From contig NW_026250408.1 in NCBI RefSeq assembly GCF_024521635.1, forward strand, positions 620,001 to 684,000: 64,000 nucleotides of DNA, in the 5' to 3' direction. Below, one piece after another: positions 50,700 to 62,752 of the stretch. The notes under the pieces were generated by a model. The model worked only from the letters and a program-made list of their open reading frames with translations. It was not told where the DNA came from and did not search any database. Position 1 is the first letter of the stretch. Each line of letters opens with the position of its first letter. The stretch comes from Tricharina praecox. Lineage: Eukaryota. Position numbers and translations under genes: made by a program.

Positions 50700-52050
50700 T
50701 TAGGCCGGCAAAAGCGTGTGATTTGTATTTGGGTGCATCTGATTTGCGGGGAATTCAATTTGCTGTTGCATTTCAACGGGGGGTCTCATTTCATCAACAA
50801 TGCGTAATACCCGACATTTCATGAGTGTTTGGGATTGTTCTGTTGCTTCATATCATCATGCTGTTCCCGCCTTCTTTTCCTTTGCTCTTTTCTTCGACTG
50901 CATCTTATATTCCACTTTTGATGTTTTTTTCTCTTGTTCTAGCGCATACCTCATACCTTTTGTATAGTATGGGCTAGATCTGATAGTCTGACTTCTTTTT
51001 TTTTGTGTCCATTTTTCATATTTCTTCAAGGGGGGTGTTTGTTATGGTCGGAAGAGGGTCTGATGTTTTCTTTCAGTTGGTTTTTTCTATGGAGCAAAAA
51101 AAAGATCCATGGAGCTGAAGGCACATTTTCGGCTTTTGTTCTCCGACCGTAGCCGGGTTTGCTTTGCTTTGCGTTGCTTGCGAATTGTTTGCAGTTTTTT
51201 TTTAAAAAATTGCCTTTTGAACCTTGCTTTTTTTTTGCAGTGTGTGGGAATATGGCGTTCGAAGTTTTCTGTTTGTTCCTAAGTTCATTCATCAGGTTCC
51301 GTTTTTTTTTTCCGAATCTTATTCTAGTCGTTCGAGGAATGAATGAATGGGCCCGCTTCCACTTTCTAAAAGTTGCCGGGCTCTTGATGATATCGTGTCG
51401 TGTCGAGAACAAAAAGAACCGTTCCGCCGTACATTCATAGAGTAGTCTGGTGTTTTGTTTGTCAACCTGGTGATACTCCATGAAGCTCGCGTCGCTGCCT
51501 GCTGGCCTTGTGAGTTGCGTATGAGGTGATGATGTGATGATGTGCCTTGCCAGCGCAACCCGATCGTCCGCTAATCAACTAGAGCACTCTAGTAGTTGGT
51601 CAGAGCGAGGGGGAAGGGGAGGGAGAACGGGAGCTATCAACCGGCCGGCCGCTGACCGACCCGACCTACCGACCGACAGACCGGGAATGCGAAACGTTGG
51701 TTCCGGCGAATGGGGAATCCCTGCTTGTCATGGCTGTTCTGCCGCATACATACCGGTATGATATGTATGTAGATAGCTCGCATCGTGGCTTATCCGCGTG
51801 CAAGGCGATGTATCTATATATGCAGGCAGCAGCATCAGTAGCTGTTGGGAAGCTGGGAAGCCAAGACTTTGGTCGGACGACGACGACGCCGACGACAACA
51901 CGAGCACAGCCACCACCGCCGCCGCCGCCACCTCACGACGCGGGTTAGTAATTCCTACCGGTGGATATAAACCCTCGGAGCAAGAGCAAGCTGAGTGAAC
52001 CCCTTCTTACGAAGGGCGTTATCAAGCAAGCAAGCAAGAAATCAGCAACC

Positions 52051-53401
52051 ATGCCCTCCCCCTCACCGTCGCCCTCGCCGCCCGGCTCCTCGTCGCTCGC
52101 AATGCCAGCACCAATAGAAGCGCACGGCCTCGGGCTGCTCAACACACTTGCCGATTCGCCGTCGCCGCACCGCCCAGACCTCGAGTCATCCTACTCGCGC
52201 CGCGGCCTGCTGCTGTGGATCGTGCGCGTGCCGGATTCCAAAGGTGCCTTTCCCTTTCTCTCATCCCCCCCACCAATCCCACCCCGCCACGAAGTTACGT
52301 AGCTCCTCCCCCCCACCATCGTTGACAGGCCCCACATAGACATGATCCTAACGCCGCTCGCGCCCCCGCGGGGCGCACACTCGGCGACGGCGGCGGACAT
52401 TGCCGCGTGCATGTACTACGTGCACATGCACCACGACACCAGCGCCGCGAGCACGGGTGTGCGCGCCACGCTGATCCGCCGTGTGCCCGCCACGGGCGAG
52501 CAGTGGAACGTGGCTGATATATGTGATCCCGAGGCCGCCGGCAGCGGCAGCACAGAGGAGGTCGTCCTGGAGATGCTGGGTGGCGGGTATCGGAGGCTCG
52601 CTGCTGCTGCTGCTGCAGGCGGGAGGGGAGGTGTGGGTGCTGGGGTGGGGGGTGGTAGTGCGAGTGCGGGAGGGCCGCTGGGGAATAGGCCGGCGCCGCC
52701 GGCGAGCGGTGGGTCGAGGATTGGAAGGAAACCGGTTCCGGGAGCAGCACAGCAGCTACCGCCACCACCGCCACCACCGCCACAGGAGCTCCCGCCGCTC
52801 GTCAGGACGATGAAGATTGAGGGAGAGGGCTTCTGGCACCGGCTCAAGAGCCGACGGAAGAAGAGCGATGAGCGGATTGACACGGCGGCTGGGGGCGTGC
52901 CCGGGCGGAAGAAGAAGAAGAAGAAGCGGGACTATGTTTTCGACGGGCTGTGGGTTGACGGGGTGCGGGGTTAGTGCTGGCCGCTGCGAGTTTAAAGATG
53001 AAGGGGCCGGGAAGTATCTGAAGGTATGATTACATTCACGGATGGATAGAACCACACAACTGACTGACTGACGGCGATGACAGTGTAAATACTACCCCGC
53101 CGCACCCCCCGCAGCATCTGCCTACCACCCGCCGCCAGAACCGGAAAAGTCCACGCTGCTCTCCGTGATAGAGTTTAAACTCGGCACGTTCAACCAGCAC
53201 AAACGGACCGTCTCCAGCTCCTCCGCCTCCCATAACCACCACCACATCCATAGGGACAAGCAAAAGGCGAAGATGGGAATGCTGATCGTCCACGGTCCCG
53301 GACAGGAGATGCTGGACCTGCTAGTGGCGGCGAATATGGCCGCGTTCATGAAGCGATGGGAGGGATGGGCTCGGGAAAGGAATGCCCTTGGGGGGTTTTA
53401 G
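52051..53401 (+). CDS. Conserved fungal hypothetical protein, interrupted by an apparent +1 frameshift near 52950-52975 (possible pseudogene or assembly error)
   Basis: Exons 52051-52243, 52340-53023 and 53084-53401, each with good splice signals. Blocks LLLWIVRVP, DIAACMYYVH, TLIRR..TGEQWNVA, YVFDGLW, GRCEF and KAKMGMLIVHGPGQEMLDLLVAANMA; exon 2 changes frame internally. Confidence 0.7.
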
Positions 53402-53440
53402 GGAGGTGATATAATGTGGGGAGGGGAGGGGGAGTTCTGA

Positions 53441-53498
53441 GATGGATGGATGGATGGATGGATGGATGGATGGATGGATGGATGGATGGATGGATGGA
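53441..53498 (+). repeat. (GATG)14 microsatellite
   Basis: Perfect tetranucleotide run. Confidence 0.95.
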
Positions 53499-55210
53499 AG
53501 GATGGGATTTACGTGCTACATATACCCTTGATTGACATGCTTTGCTTCTTGTTCCTTGGTTTTATTTTCTGGACATGTGTAGTTACGCACTACCTACCTA
53601 CCTAACCTACATAATCTGTTACATGTACCTACAATACAAAGGGGGCATGTGACTGGTTACAACTTAACGAGATACGATCTCGCGATGCGCTGCGTGCAAA
53701 GTCCCGAGATTATGCACAAGCACAAGGTTGACGTCGAGGTCGGAGTCGGGGTCGAGGTCGGGCTTGGGCTTGGGGCTAGCGGCGTCGCCTACATACATAC
53801 CTACTGTCCGTGATCGATCGGGGGTCGCGATCTCGATGGAGGATATGATATGTCGTTAGAGTCTAGACATATCAGCCCCCGTTCGGCGGTTAAGCTTGCG
53901 AGACGCGGGGATTAGGATAGGCGGGATCGATATCAAGGTTTGAACATGCCGTGTGGGGTAAAGCAAAGCTTGGACTATTAAGCTCCACCGGCTGTGACGG
54001 GATACCTAAGGAAAGGAAGTGCGGCACCGGGCGAGAGGTGGGACAGCGAGTGATATCTTGTGTGTAAGGTGGCTTGCCCGCTGGAGGCCGGGTGATCAGC
54101 TGTGGATTGCGCGATGATGGGCAGTCGGGAACGGACTGTGTGGGTGGGTGGCAGCGCGGACGGGATGGGTTGTTCCAAGGCCGGCGTGACAGCTCGTGAT
54201 GCATTCGCACATCTCACATACGCTTGGATGTTCTGCCAGCCCTACCAGTGCGGGATGACGAGGTGATGGATCCTACAGCCGACGGAGGCGGATACTGAGA
54301 CGGAGGACAAGGCTGGGAGAAGTCAGGTAGGGAGGGAGATCTACGGCTGCCATCGTTCGGCTCCTGGACAGGCTGCGCGGGGCGGCGAAGATCCAGGGTT
54401 CTAGCGGCTCCGCACCTCGCAGGGCGGGATGGGGAACGAAAACTCAAGTGGCCTACCGGTACTTGCATAAGGCTGATTGACTGGCGCACCATCTGTTGGC
54501 GAGTGATGTGTACTATACTAGGTATCTTCAATACATGTGTAAGGCTTCCACCGGTTCATAACGCCTGACTACCGGTATACCTACTCTAGTAATAGTCGCC
54601 TAACATACTCCGAGGACTTCCGCGAATACGAAAGGATACATAGAGAAACTCCTTTTTGACACCTGTAATGAGCATCACAGGTGTCAGCGATGCCATCCGC
54701 TCATCCCATTCTTTCGAGTCCTTAGAGACGCCAACGAGGGGAGATCGGCAGGGGCTATCTCTAGTACATGGAGCCATTCAGAGGAAGCTTGAGTTTGCGC
54801 AGGCGATTCTCTCCATAACTTCCTAACATCCATTAACTGCAACAGTCAGCTCCGGTAAACCAGAAACGAGGGTATCGTAATCACCTTATCCCCATCCGGA
54901 ACGGGGATGAGGGGGGAGTGGGGAGGGGAGGGGGAGGGATCCCTGCATGTTAGGCTGGCCCGCGCTACGTTCGAGAGCTGCAGCCTGCGGCGCTCACCTC
55001 ACCTCAGCAAGCACGAGAAGACATACCAGGAGAATATATACCCCCCATCGCCCATCGCCGGATCTCCGCTTTTATTTTTCGACCAGCACCGACCGACCGG
55101 CACCGACCGACTGACTGCGCGCGACGGGCGACAACAAATCCGACGACGACTACGCGATTCCCGTCCATCTCTCTCCGCCGATACCTACGAACCCCCCGCA
55201 GAGCGTTCCT

Positions 55211-56590
55211 ATGAGCGCACTCACGACTAGCTCCTCCAGCTCAGCGACAACGATGGAGCCGCCTCAACCCGCGCCGAAGCCGCAGGTTCAGCCCTGCCGC
55301 TACAAAACGGGAAAGACTCTCGGCAGCGGCTCCTACAGCACTGTTCGCGAGTGCATACACATCGACACCGGTCGGTATTATGCGGCAAAGGTGATTAATA
55401 AGCGGCTCATGGCTGGGCGGGAGCACATGGTGAGTGGGCCTCCGGGGAAGGAGAGAGAGAGGCGGCATAGGGTTGATGGGGGAATATAGGTCCGGAATGA
55501 GATTGCTGTGTTGAAGAGAGTGTCCATGGGCCACCAGAATATCCTTACGCTGGTGGACTACTTCGAGACGATGAACAACTGTATTTCCCCCAGGCCGCTG
55601 AGATTGGGGGAGCAACTGCTGATATTGGGACGATAGTGTACCTGGTAACTGATCTGGCGCTCGGCGGCGAGCTCTTCGACCGGATATGTCGCAAAGGCAG
55701 CTACTACGAATCGGACACGAGCGAGCTGATCCGCGCGACGTTGAGCGCCGTTGCGTATCTCCACGATAACGGGATAGTGCACCGCGGTATGTACCATCCT
55801 CTCTACCCGCAGCGTGCAGTAGAGATCGAATGGCTGATCCGGGATATACAGATCTGAAGCCGGAGAATCTCCTTTTCCGCTCGTCCGATGAAAACTCGGA
55901 ACTGCTGATCGCCGACTTTGGGCTTTCGAGGATCATAGACGAGGAGCAGTTCCACGTGCTGACCACCACCTGCGGCACACCGGGGTATATGGCGCCGGAA
56001 ATCTTCAAGAAGACGGGGCACGGGAAGCCAGTGTACCTCCCCCTCCCCAATGCCTTGCCTTGCCTTGCCTTGCCTTGCCTTGCCTCACCGCGCGCAACAC
56101 TGACGTTTAGCGCCTTAGCGACATCTGGGCCATCGGCGTGATAACCTACTTCCTCCTGTGCGGGATGACGCCCTTCGACCGCGACAACAACATGGAAGAG
56201 ATGCAAGCGATCCTGAACGCGGATTACAAGTTCGACCCAGACTACTGGTCGTCGGTGTCGGAGACGGCGAAGGACTTTATCCGCAAGTGTCTCACCGTGG
56301 ACCCGCTGGAGCGAATGACGGCGCACGAGGCACTAGAACACCCCTTCCTGGCCGAGTCCCACCGCGGCCTCAAGGAGGACCTCCTGCCCACCGTCAGAAA
56401 GAACTTCAACGCTAGACGGAACTTGATTGCCGCTATCGATGCGGTCAGGGCGGTCAGGAAGCTGAAGGAAGGAGGCACTATGGACGGCGCCCTCAGTATC
56501 TCCCCCGAAACCCAGAAGGATAAGAAAGATGAGCAGAAGGTCAGTGTGGGGCTGTGGAAGAGGCCGGCGGGTGGGCTCATGAGACCGTGA
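55211..56590 (+). CDS. cmkB: Calcium/calmodulin-dependent protein kinase, CaMKI/CmkB type
   Basis: Five exons. QPCRYKTGKTLGSGSYS, AAKVI, GGELFDRI, HRDLKPEN, IADFGLS, TTCGTPGYMAPE, DIWAIG and CaM-binding FNARRNLIAAIDAVRAV. The start could be the second Met about 14 codons downstream. Confidence 0.93.
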
Positions 56591-57774
56591 GGCTGGGGAA
56601 TCCGCTCGTTTGTTTCGCTAAATTTAAATTCATGTGGGGAGTTTCTCTGGTTTCTCTTGGTTTCTCTGGTTTTTTTTTTTGTGTATTCCAAGGTTCGAGA
56701 CGGAAACTGGACTGGTATCTGTCTGGGACTGGCTTGCTTGCTTCCGTTTTCTGTGCGATGCGTAGGTGCCTGTTTGTGTGCGTATTGGGATACTCTTCGT
56801 TGTCGTCATCTTCTTCTTCTTCTTCATCATCATCCTGTCACTTCTTCCTCTTCTTCTTCTTCAAGGACTACGGAATCCTCACCGGGTCTGGGTCCGTGAT
56901 GGTGATGGTGACTGTCAATACTATACATCCCACGCCGAAACCACCCGTGCTTAACTACTCCGGAGAGTCGGAGACATGGTGGAATCGGAATACATAGTAT
57001 GATAGTACCCAAGTACCCATCTCTCTCCCTCTCTCGAGAAAACGAGTGACTTTTATATAAACACCCCCGGTTAACTACTGCCTGACCGCTTTGCTCCAAG
57101 CACGACAGCGCTATTTTCCAATATACCAATTGACTGCGTAAGTATCAAAAACGTACGCTGGCATCACTCGCGAAAGCCCACAGATAGGTATTCCAACCGG
57201 AGGCTGGAGCAGTGGAGCGTCCATCATATTGCCATGATCTACACAGGTCGCAAGCAATCCTGTACTGATCAAATAAAAGAAAAAAAAGCGTCCTGTGAAC
57301 TTTCACTTATCCCGCACCGTCACCAGCTCTACGGTGACTAAATACATATAGGTGCCTATTCCATCTCTTCTGGCTGCTGGAATATCGGGCACCACAAGTT
57401 GGGCAATATACAATAGGGGCAAAGAATTTGATTTTTTTCTCTCTAGAGCACCTGTTTTCTACCTGTACGTCGCAGCAGTTTGAACACTTACCGTGCGAAA
57501 GAAAAGAAAAAAAACGGAACCACGCAGAAGGAACCGCATCAATCAACCATCCCATCCCTCACATTTCGACCAACCAAAGAAAAAAAACACCAGAGGAAAA
57601 GACCAACACCGAAGTAAAGACCAACACAAAAGACGGATAGAGAAAGAAAAAAAAAAGAATCAGGATAGACAGGAATGAAAACTAGAAAGAAAAAAAACAC
57701 CGAGATATTCCCCTCCCCCCTTCTTCATTCCCTTCATCTGCCCATTACAGTCTCTTTTTCCTTCGTTCCGGCGT

Positions 57775-60700
57775 TTAGATGTACCACATCTTGTTCGTCA
57801 TGTCTTTGTGGATAGCCCGGAGTGACGCAGGCAATCCCATCTTGATAGCTTCCAATCTAGCGGCCTCACGAGGATCTTCGGGAGTCGGCTGAGAGGAAAG
57901 ATGATCCTCGGTCTCGTTCTCGTGAACGCGGGCACGAGCCGAAGCAACGTGAGCGTAGTAGGTGACCGGAATCAACGAGACGGAACAAGTGGCACGGATG
58001 TACGTGTAGCACGTGTTGTAGATGAGCGACTGGAGCGAGTCGACGGGAACCTGGTTCTCGTCGTAGATCACCTGGTAGTGGACGGGGCGAGCGGTTCCTT
58101 GAATGGCAGTATGAGAGTTCAGGTAGAAGTCATACTGATCGACGTGAGTGATATCACGCTCGATGATGGTACCCGGGACAGGGTTGTTGTTCCTGTCAGC
58201 GGCATGCTTGTCGGTCGGGAAGAAGCGGAAGTGATGGCGCTTCGAACAGATGATGACCGTGAACTTGGGATTGTAGTTTATGTCCATCTTCTTGCAAGCC
58301 CGCTTGATGGCCTCGACCTCCATACAAACGACCTGGTCGTACTGTCCGTCAGAGACTCCGTCACGGAAGTACAGGATACGTTCCGGCTTCTTGTGCGTAT
58401 TGGTATGAAAAGCTCGCAGAAGGGTCGTGATGAACCTGAAGATGTTCTTCGCCGAGATCATCTCCGACTGGTTGCCGTTGGTATTGGCGATCGCGGCGAA
58501 TCGGGTACCCTGCAGGTTTGTCGATCCAACCATGGAAGCGTAGGAACCGACCGGGTTTGCTGGCGACGAGTGGGAAACATCCGCTCCGAGCAGCATGGTG
58601 GCCGGGCCCTTGGCGAGGGGATGGCAAGTCGCAACGAGATCGCACGAGTATCCACCCATCTTGGCGTTGATCTTCATGCAGACGTTGGAGCAATACTGTC
58701 CCTTTGCCTGCTCAACGTGCCTCGACTGCAAGCACTGCGAAGGGACGCCGAGCTGAATGTCGCAGTAAGCCTTGATGTCGCCGTATGGCTGTGGCGACTT
58801 GGAAGTCAACACGAAGAAGAGGATCTGGGGCTTCATGTTATACTTGTTCCCAGCCTTCTTGTATATTTCGAAGAGGTTATTTCCTACCGCCTTGGAGGCA
58901 TCGGCGTACATGACCGTGGGATCCTTGTTGACGACGTGACCGCCGTGGTTGTTGATCGCCTTGATCAACTCACGGAAGAAGGCCTTGACGCCGCTCTCGG
59001 GAACGTAGCGAGGACTGCCAAAGACCATGACTCCCCAAGCCTTCAAGCCTCCACCGTTGGTCGCAGCGATAGGGCCCCAGTCAGCGAACCTCTTTCCACG
59101 TAGGTCCCAACGACCGTCCTTCGGGATGAACTTGGCATCCTGAGAACCAGCTCCGTACTGGATCTGAGGGGCAGGCAGAATGCGAGCCTGCGCCTTGATC
59201 ATGTTCGTATCAATCTTCAAACCGTAGTCGTTTAGAACAGGATCCTTGGGCCAATCGAGCGCAATCACGTTGCTCTTGATCGAATTGATACGGTCCGGGG
59301 GACGCTGAACAGTAAACTTGATCATGTCGGCAGTCTGCTTCTCGTTCAGTTTGTATGGATAGCGCTGCGCAGGTGCGACATAACAGAGCTCCATGGGGTA
59401 GAACTCGTTCTTCTTCCTGGTGCGGACCAGAGGGAGGCCGGGGTACTTGAGTTTGATGTTGTAATTCTTCAAGTAGTACTGCTGGACGGAGATCTCCTGA
59501 GTCTGTGTGTTGCCGTCCGCGTCGCGACGCTGCAACTCAAACTTGTAATCCCTCGCCGACTTCTCTTCGTAGCCCTCGACGGTGTACGTCTTGCGGGTCT
59601 TTTCGTTCTGATCCCTCGACCGATGCTGGCAGAAGAACTGGACCTTCCTCAGGCGCTTGAGAGTTTTCGCAAGGGGACCCCTGAAGCCTTGCTGCGCAAG
59701 TCCGTTTACCAACATATCGATGGTATCTGCAATTATGTTAGTATATGGTACTAAGATAGGACTTAGATGGGGAGGTGTGATGACTTACGGACTCTGGTGA
59801 CGTTCAAGGCAATCTCTATGAGAGAGCCCTCCTTCCAGAAGCAGGAGGTAGCAACGTCGACGTTCATGATCAATCGACCTCCCTGAGCAGCACGGATGCT
59901 CTGGAATATGCCTTTCCAGGCCTCCACACCTCCTTCCAACTCACGGCTGCCCGCGCGAGAGAAGAAAGAACGCTTGATGGCAACATACTTCTTGGCCGGA
60001 GTCTCACGGATGAGATGGTCCAAGAAGTTGATGCCCACGAGGACGGTTGGATCATAATCGGTCCTGCCCTGGAGATAGGCATCGAGGACTTGCATGGGTA
60101 CCACACCAGACTTGCGGATAACGATTCGGTGCTTGTTGTCGCGAGGGTTCGGGGACTTCTTGGCACGCTCGTCATCTTTTCGATGGTGTCAGCGCAGTCC
60201 TAAACAAGACGGGGAATATTGAGCAACTTTACCTTCATCGAGATCGATGATCATGGTCAACTGGTCTTGGATTGGCAACTCAACGACCGACCAGGCCAAC
60301 TTGCTTCCATCAAAGATGAGGGTGCTCTTGGCCTTGCCGAACTTCTCTTGGAGCTTGGGGTGGTTCCAGAGCTTGTTGATCAAGCCCCTCTTGGAGCCGT
60401 CGGCACCAAGAGTCAACTACAGCAACAGCATGTTAGTACGGTACATCAACGAGCGAAACCGAATGGAAAGGTCAACTCACATCGTACTGATGGATCTTGG
60501 CAGTCGGGAACTGGGTCACTGGGTAGGCATTGACCGGGATCTTGGAAGGCTGACCCCTGGTTCCAAAGCTCGGACGCTTCGGAACCACATAATCTTTGAT
60601 CATCGGATCGTCATGCGCCTCGATCTCCGAATTGAGTAGGTATTTTACGACACCTGAAGGATATACATGTCAGTGGGGGCGGGGCGAGGGGGGTCCAAGA

Positions 60701-60909
60701 CGACAACTCGCAACGAAACAACAAAGATGAGCAACACTCTTCGGAGAACAGAATAAACTTTGTGATGCTTGCATCCAATCTCTGCAAAGAGAACAAAAGA
60801 TTGGACTCCAAAGATAGGGTGCAAAGGAGGGGAGGGAGGGAGGGAGGGAGATAAAGGACAGGGCGCAAGAAGCAGAGATATGAAAAAGCGATTTACCTGT
60901 CGACATCAT
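57775..60909 (-). CDS. Argonaute (N, PAZ, MID, PIWI domains)
   Basis: Five exons, the first being a 13-nt coding exon (60909-60897, MMST+G). GGVEAWKGIFQSIR, NVDVA, YPMELC, GVPSQC, KINAKMGG, GADVSH, FRDGVSDGQ, KRHHFRFFP, QGTARPVHY, YYAH; ends MWYI. Confidence 0.98.
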
Positions 60910-62419
60910 CTTGAAGATTTGTGAACGTTGTCGATGTGTACCGAGTGTTTGTGAAGGTCGTTAAAAGGAACCAGAAGGGGAGGTGGGTATGTGTAGGATG
61001 TGGGGGGATGATAGGGTTGGTGGAGGGAAGAGGAGGGGGGAGGGGGGGGAAGGAAGAGGATGAGGAAGAGAATGAGGATGTAGAAGGAAGAGGATGAGGA
61101 AGAGGATGAGGGTGTAGAAGGAGGAAGGAAGTGTTGGTGGGGTGGAAGTGAGGGTCTTATAAGGGTAGAGCTCAAAAGATCCACGCTCAATATCGGATAC
61201 TGCTTTCAAAAGAGCAACGGTGGAATCCGATGGCACGGCACTCGGTGTCGTGGGGTCGTTTTAGGGTTAGGATGGTGGTGGTGTAACTAGCGGGTGTCGA
61301 TGCGGCTTGCAACGATAGTAACGGCAAGCCCGCGCGATGCAGCGAGCGAGGGTAGACACAAAGAAGTGTGTATTGGGGCTACGTTTCTTCCAGAAGCTTT
61401 GTGAGTAGAGCAACCGTGTACTCGACCAGGCAAGTTAGGTAAGAGCTTAGGTAAGTACGCACTGCGTTCAGTTAGGTAAGCACTCAGATAAGTTCTTGTC
61501 GAAGGTTTTCTCGCTTGATACGGGCACCCCTGCTCGCAACAGGACAACGACGTCAACCACGTCGGCTAACGAGTCGCAACTCACGCGTGAAGAGAGTCTA
61601 GGGACAAGTGCGGAAGTAGGCAGACTTACCTAAGCGTGCGAAGTGATGGGTGGAGATGAGAGCTAATCAAGTACGGGTATGTTCTGTATGCGCATTCGGT
61701 ATCGGCTCGAGAAGAGCAAAGTTTTGACGGGATGCAAATGCGCTTGGGATAAGGCCATCCCTTATATAGCAACCGGTAACCAAGGAAGTCGGTATGGAGC
61801 ATGTACTCAACCCTACACGGCGAGCAGGTTCATACAAGCCTGGATCTGCAAGCCTAGGTTAGTCACTGGCGACCGGACGAGGCCAACCTTGCCGCCCTTC
61901 GTCGCACCGTGGGCCATCACCACCAAGGATCTTGGGGCAGGGTGTGAGGATGGTATTTACCGTTCGCCCCACAGGAGCCACACGCCACCCCGCAACGCCA
62001 AAGCGGGGGAGAAGGGGGGGAAGACGCGTTGTGCCGACGCAGTGACTCTCGACAGTATATGTACTCGTAGTTACTCCAGTACCCGTGTACCACCTACCGT
62101 AGTATACGGAGGGATCAACGTGCGAGCGGTTTGTTCGCAGTCAGCCACCAGCAGCAAGCGATCGAAAGAGGATCCAGCGATGCTCTTTGTTGCTCTGTGC
62201 TCTGCCTATCTCTCGCGCGATGATGCTCTCTGCTTTCTTTGTTCCAACCACGCGTCGGTGTGGGAAGCAGGAGGAGGAGACACCAATCGAACTGGACGTC
62301 ATCTGGAGCAGTTATGTACGGTAGGTATGTGGGCGGATTGATACGCTAGACGCTGGAGCATGCAGTGCACATGCTCGAGGGACCACACCGCGCCCGGAAT
62401 AAGAAAAGAATGCAAGAGG

Positions 62420-62507
62420 GAGGAGGAGCAGGAGCAGGAGCATGAGTAGCAGCAGCAGCAGCGGAGGAGGAGCAGGAGCAGGAGCATGAGTAGCAGCAGC
62501 AGCAGCG
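62420..62507 (+). repeat. Perfect 44-bp tandem duplication
   Basis: GAGGAGGAGCAGGAGCAGGAGCATGAGTAGCAGCAGCAGCAGCG x2. Confidence 0.9.
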
Positions 62508-62519
62508 GAGGAGGGAACG

Positions 62520-62603
62520 GAAGAAGAAGAAGAAGAAGAAGAAGAAGAAGAAGAAGAAGAAGAAGAAGAAGAAGAAGAAGAAGAAGAAGAAGAAGAAGAA
62601 GAA
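62520..62603 (+). repeat. (GAA)28 microsatellite
   Basis: Perfect trinucleotide run. Confidence 0.97.
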
Positions 62604-62692
62604 CATGGCCGACGGGAGTCTGCCATCTCCGCCAACTCCGCCATGACCGCGAAATCCGGTTCTCCAGGCTGGTCGCGTCGTGCTCAACGGTG

Positions 62693-62752
62693 GCTGCTTC
62701 CTGTGCTGCTTCCTGTGCTGCTTCCTGTGCTGCTTCCTGTGCTGCTTCCTGT
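62693..62752 (+). repeat. 12-bp minisatellite (GCTGCTTCCTGT)5
   Basis: Five exact copies. Confidence 0.95.

Noticed and set aside
52972..52974. TAG as an A-to-I-editable premature stop
   Set aside because: Editing to TGG would continue WCWPLRV* in the same frame and never reach the GRCEF block or the in-phase donor.
47350..60909. wc-1, CaM kinase and Argonaute as a clock/light gene cluster
   Set aside because: The kinase is the CmkB type, not the CmkA/CAMK-1 type linked to FRQ phosphorylation. Nothing in the sequence shows more than ordinary adjacency.
61261..61270. TTAGGGTTAG (CTAACCCTAA on minus), matching a telomerase RNA template
   Set aside because: Single 10-mer only ~350 nt before the Argonaute ATG on the same strand. 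There is no room for a kilobase-scale fungal telomerase RNA and I recognised no pseudoknot. More likely chance or a telobox-like site.
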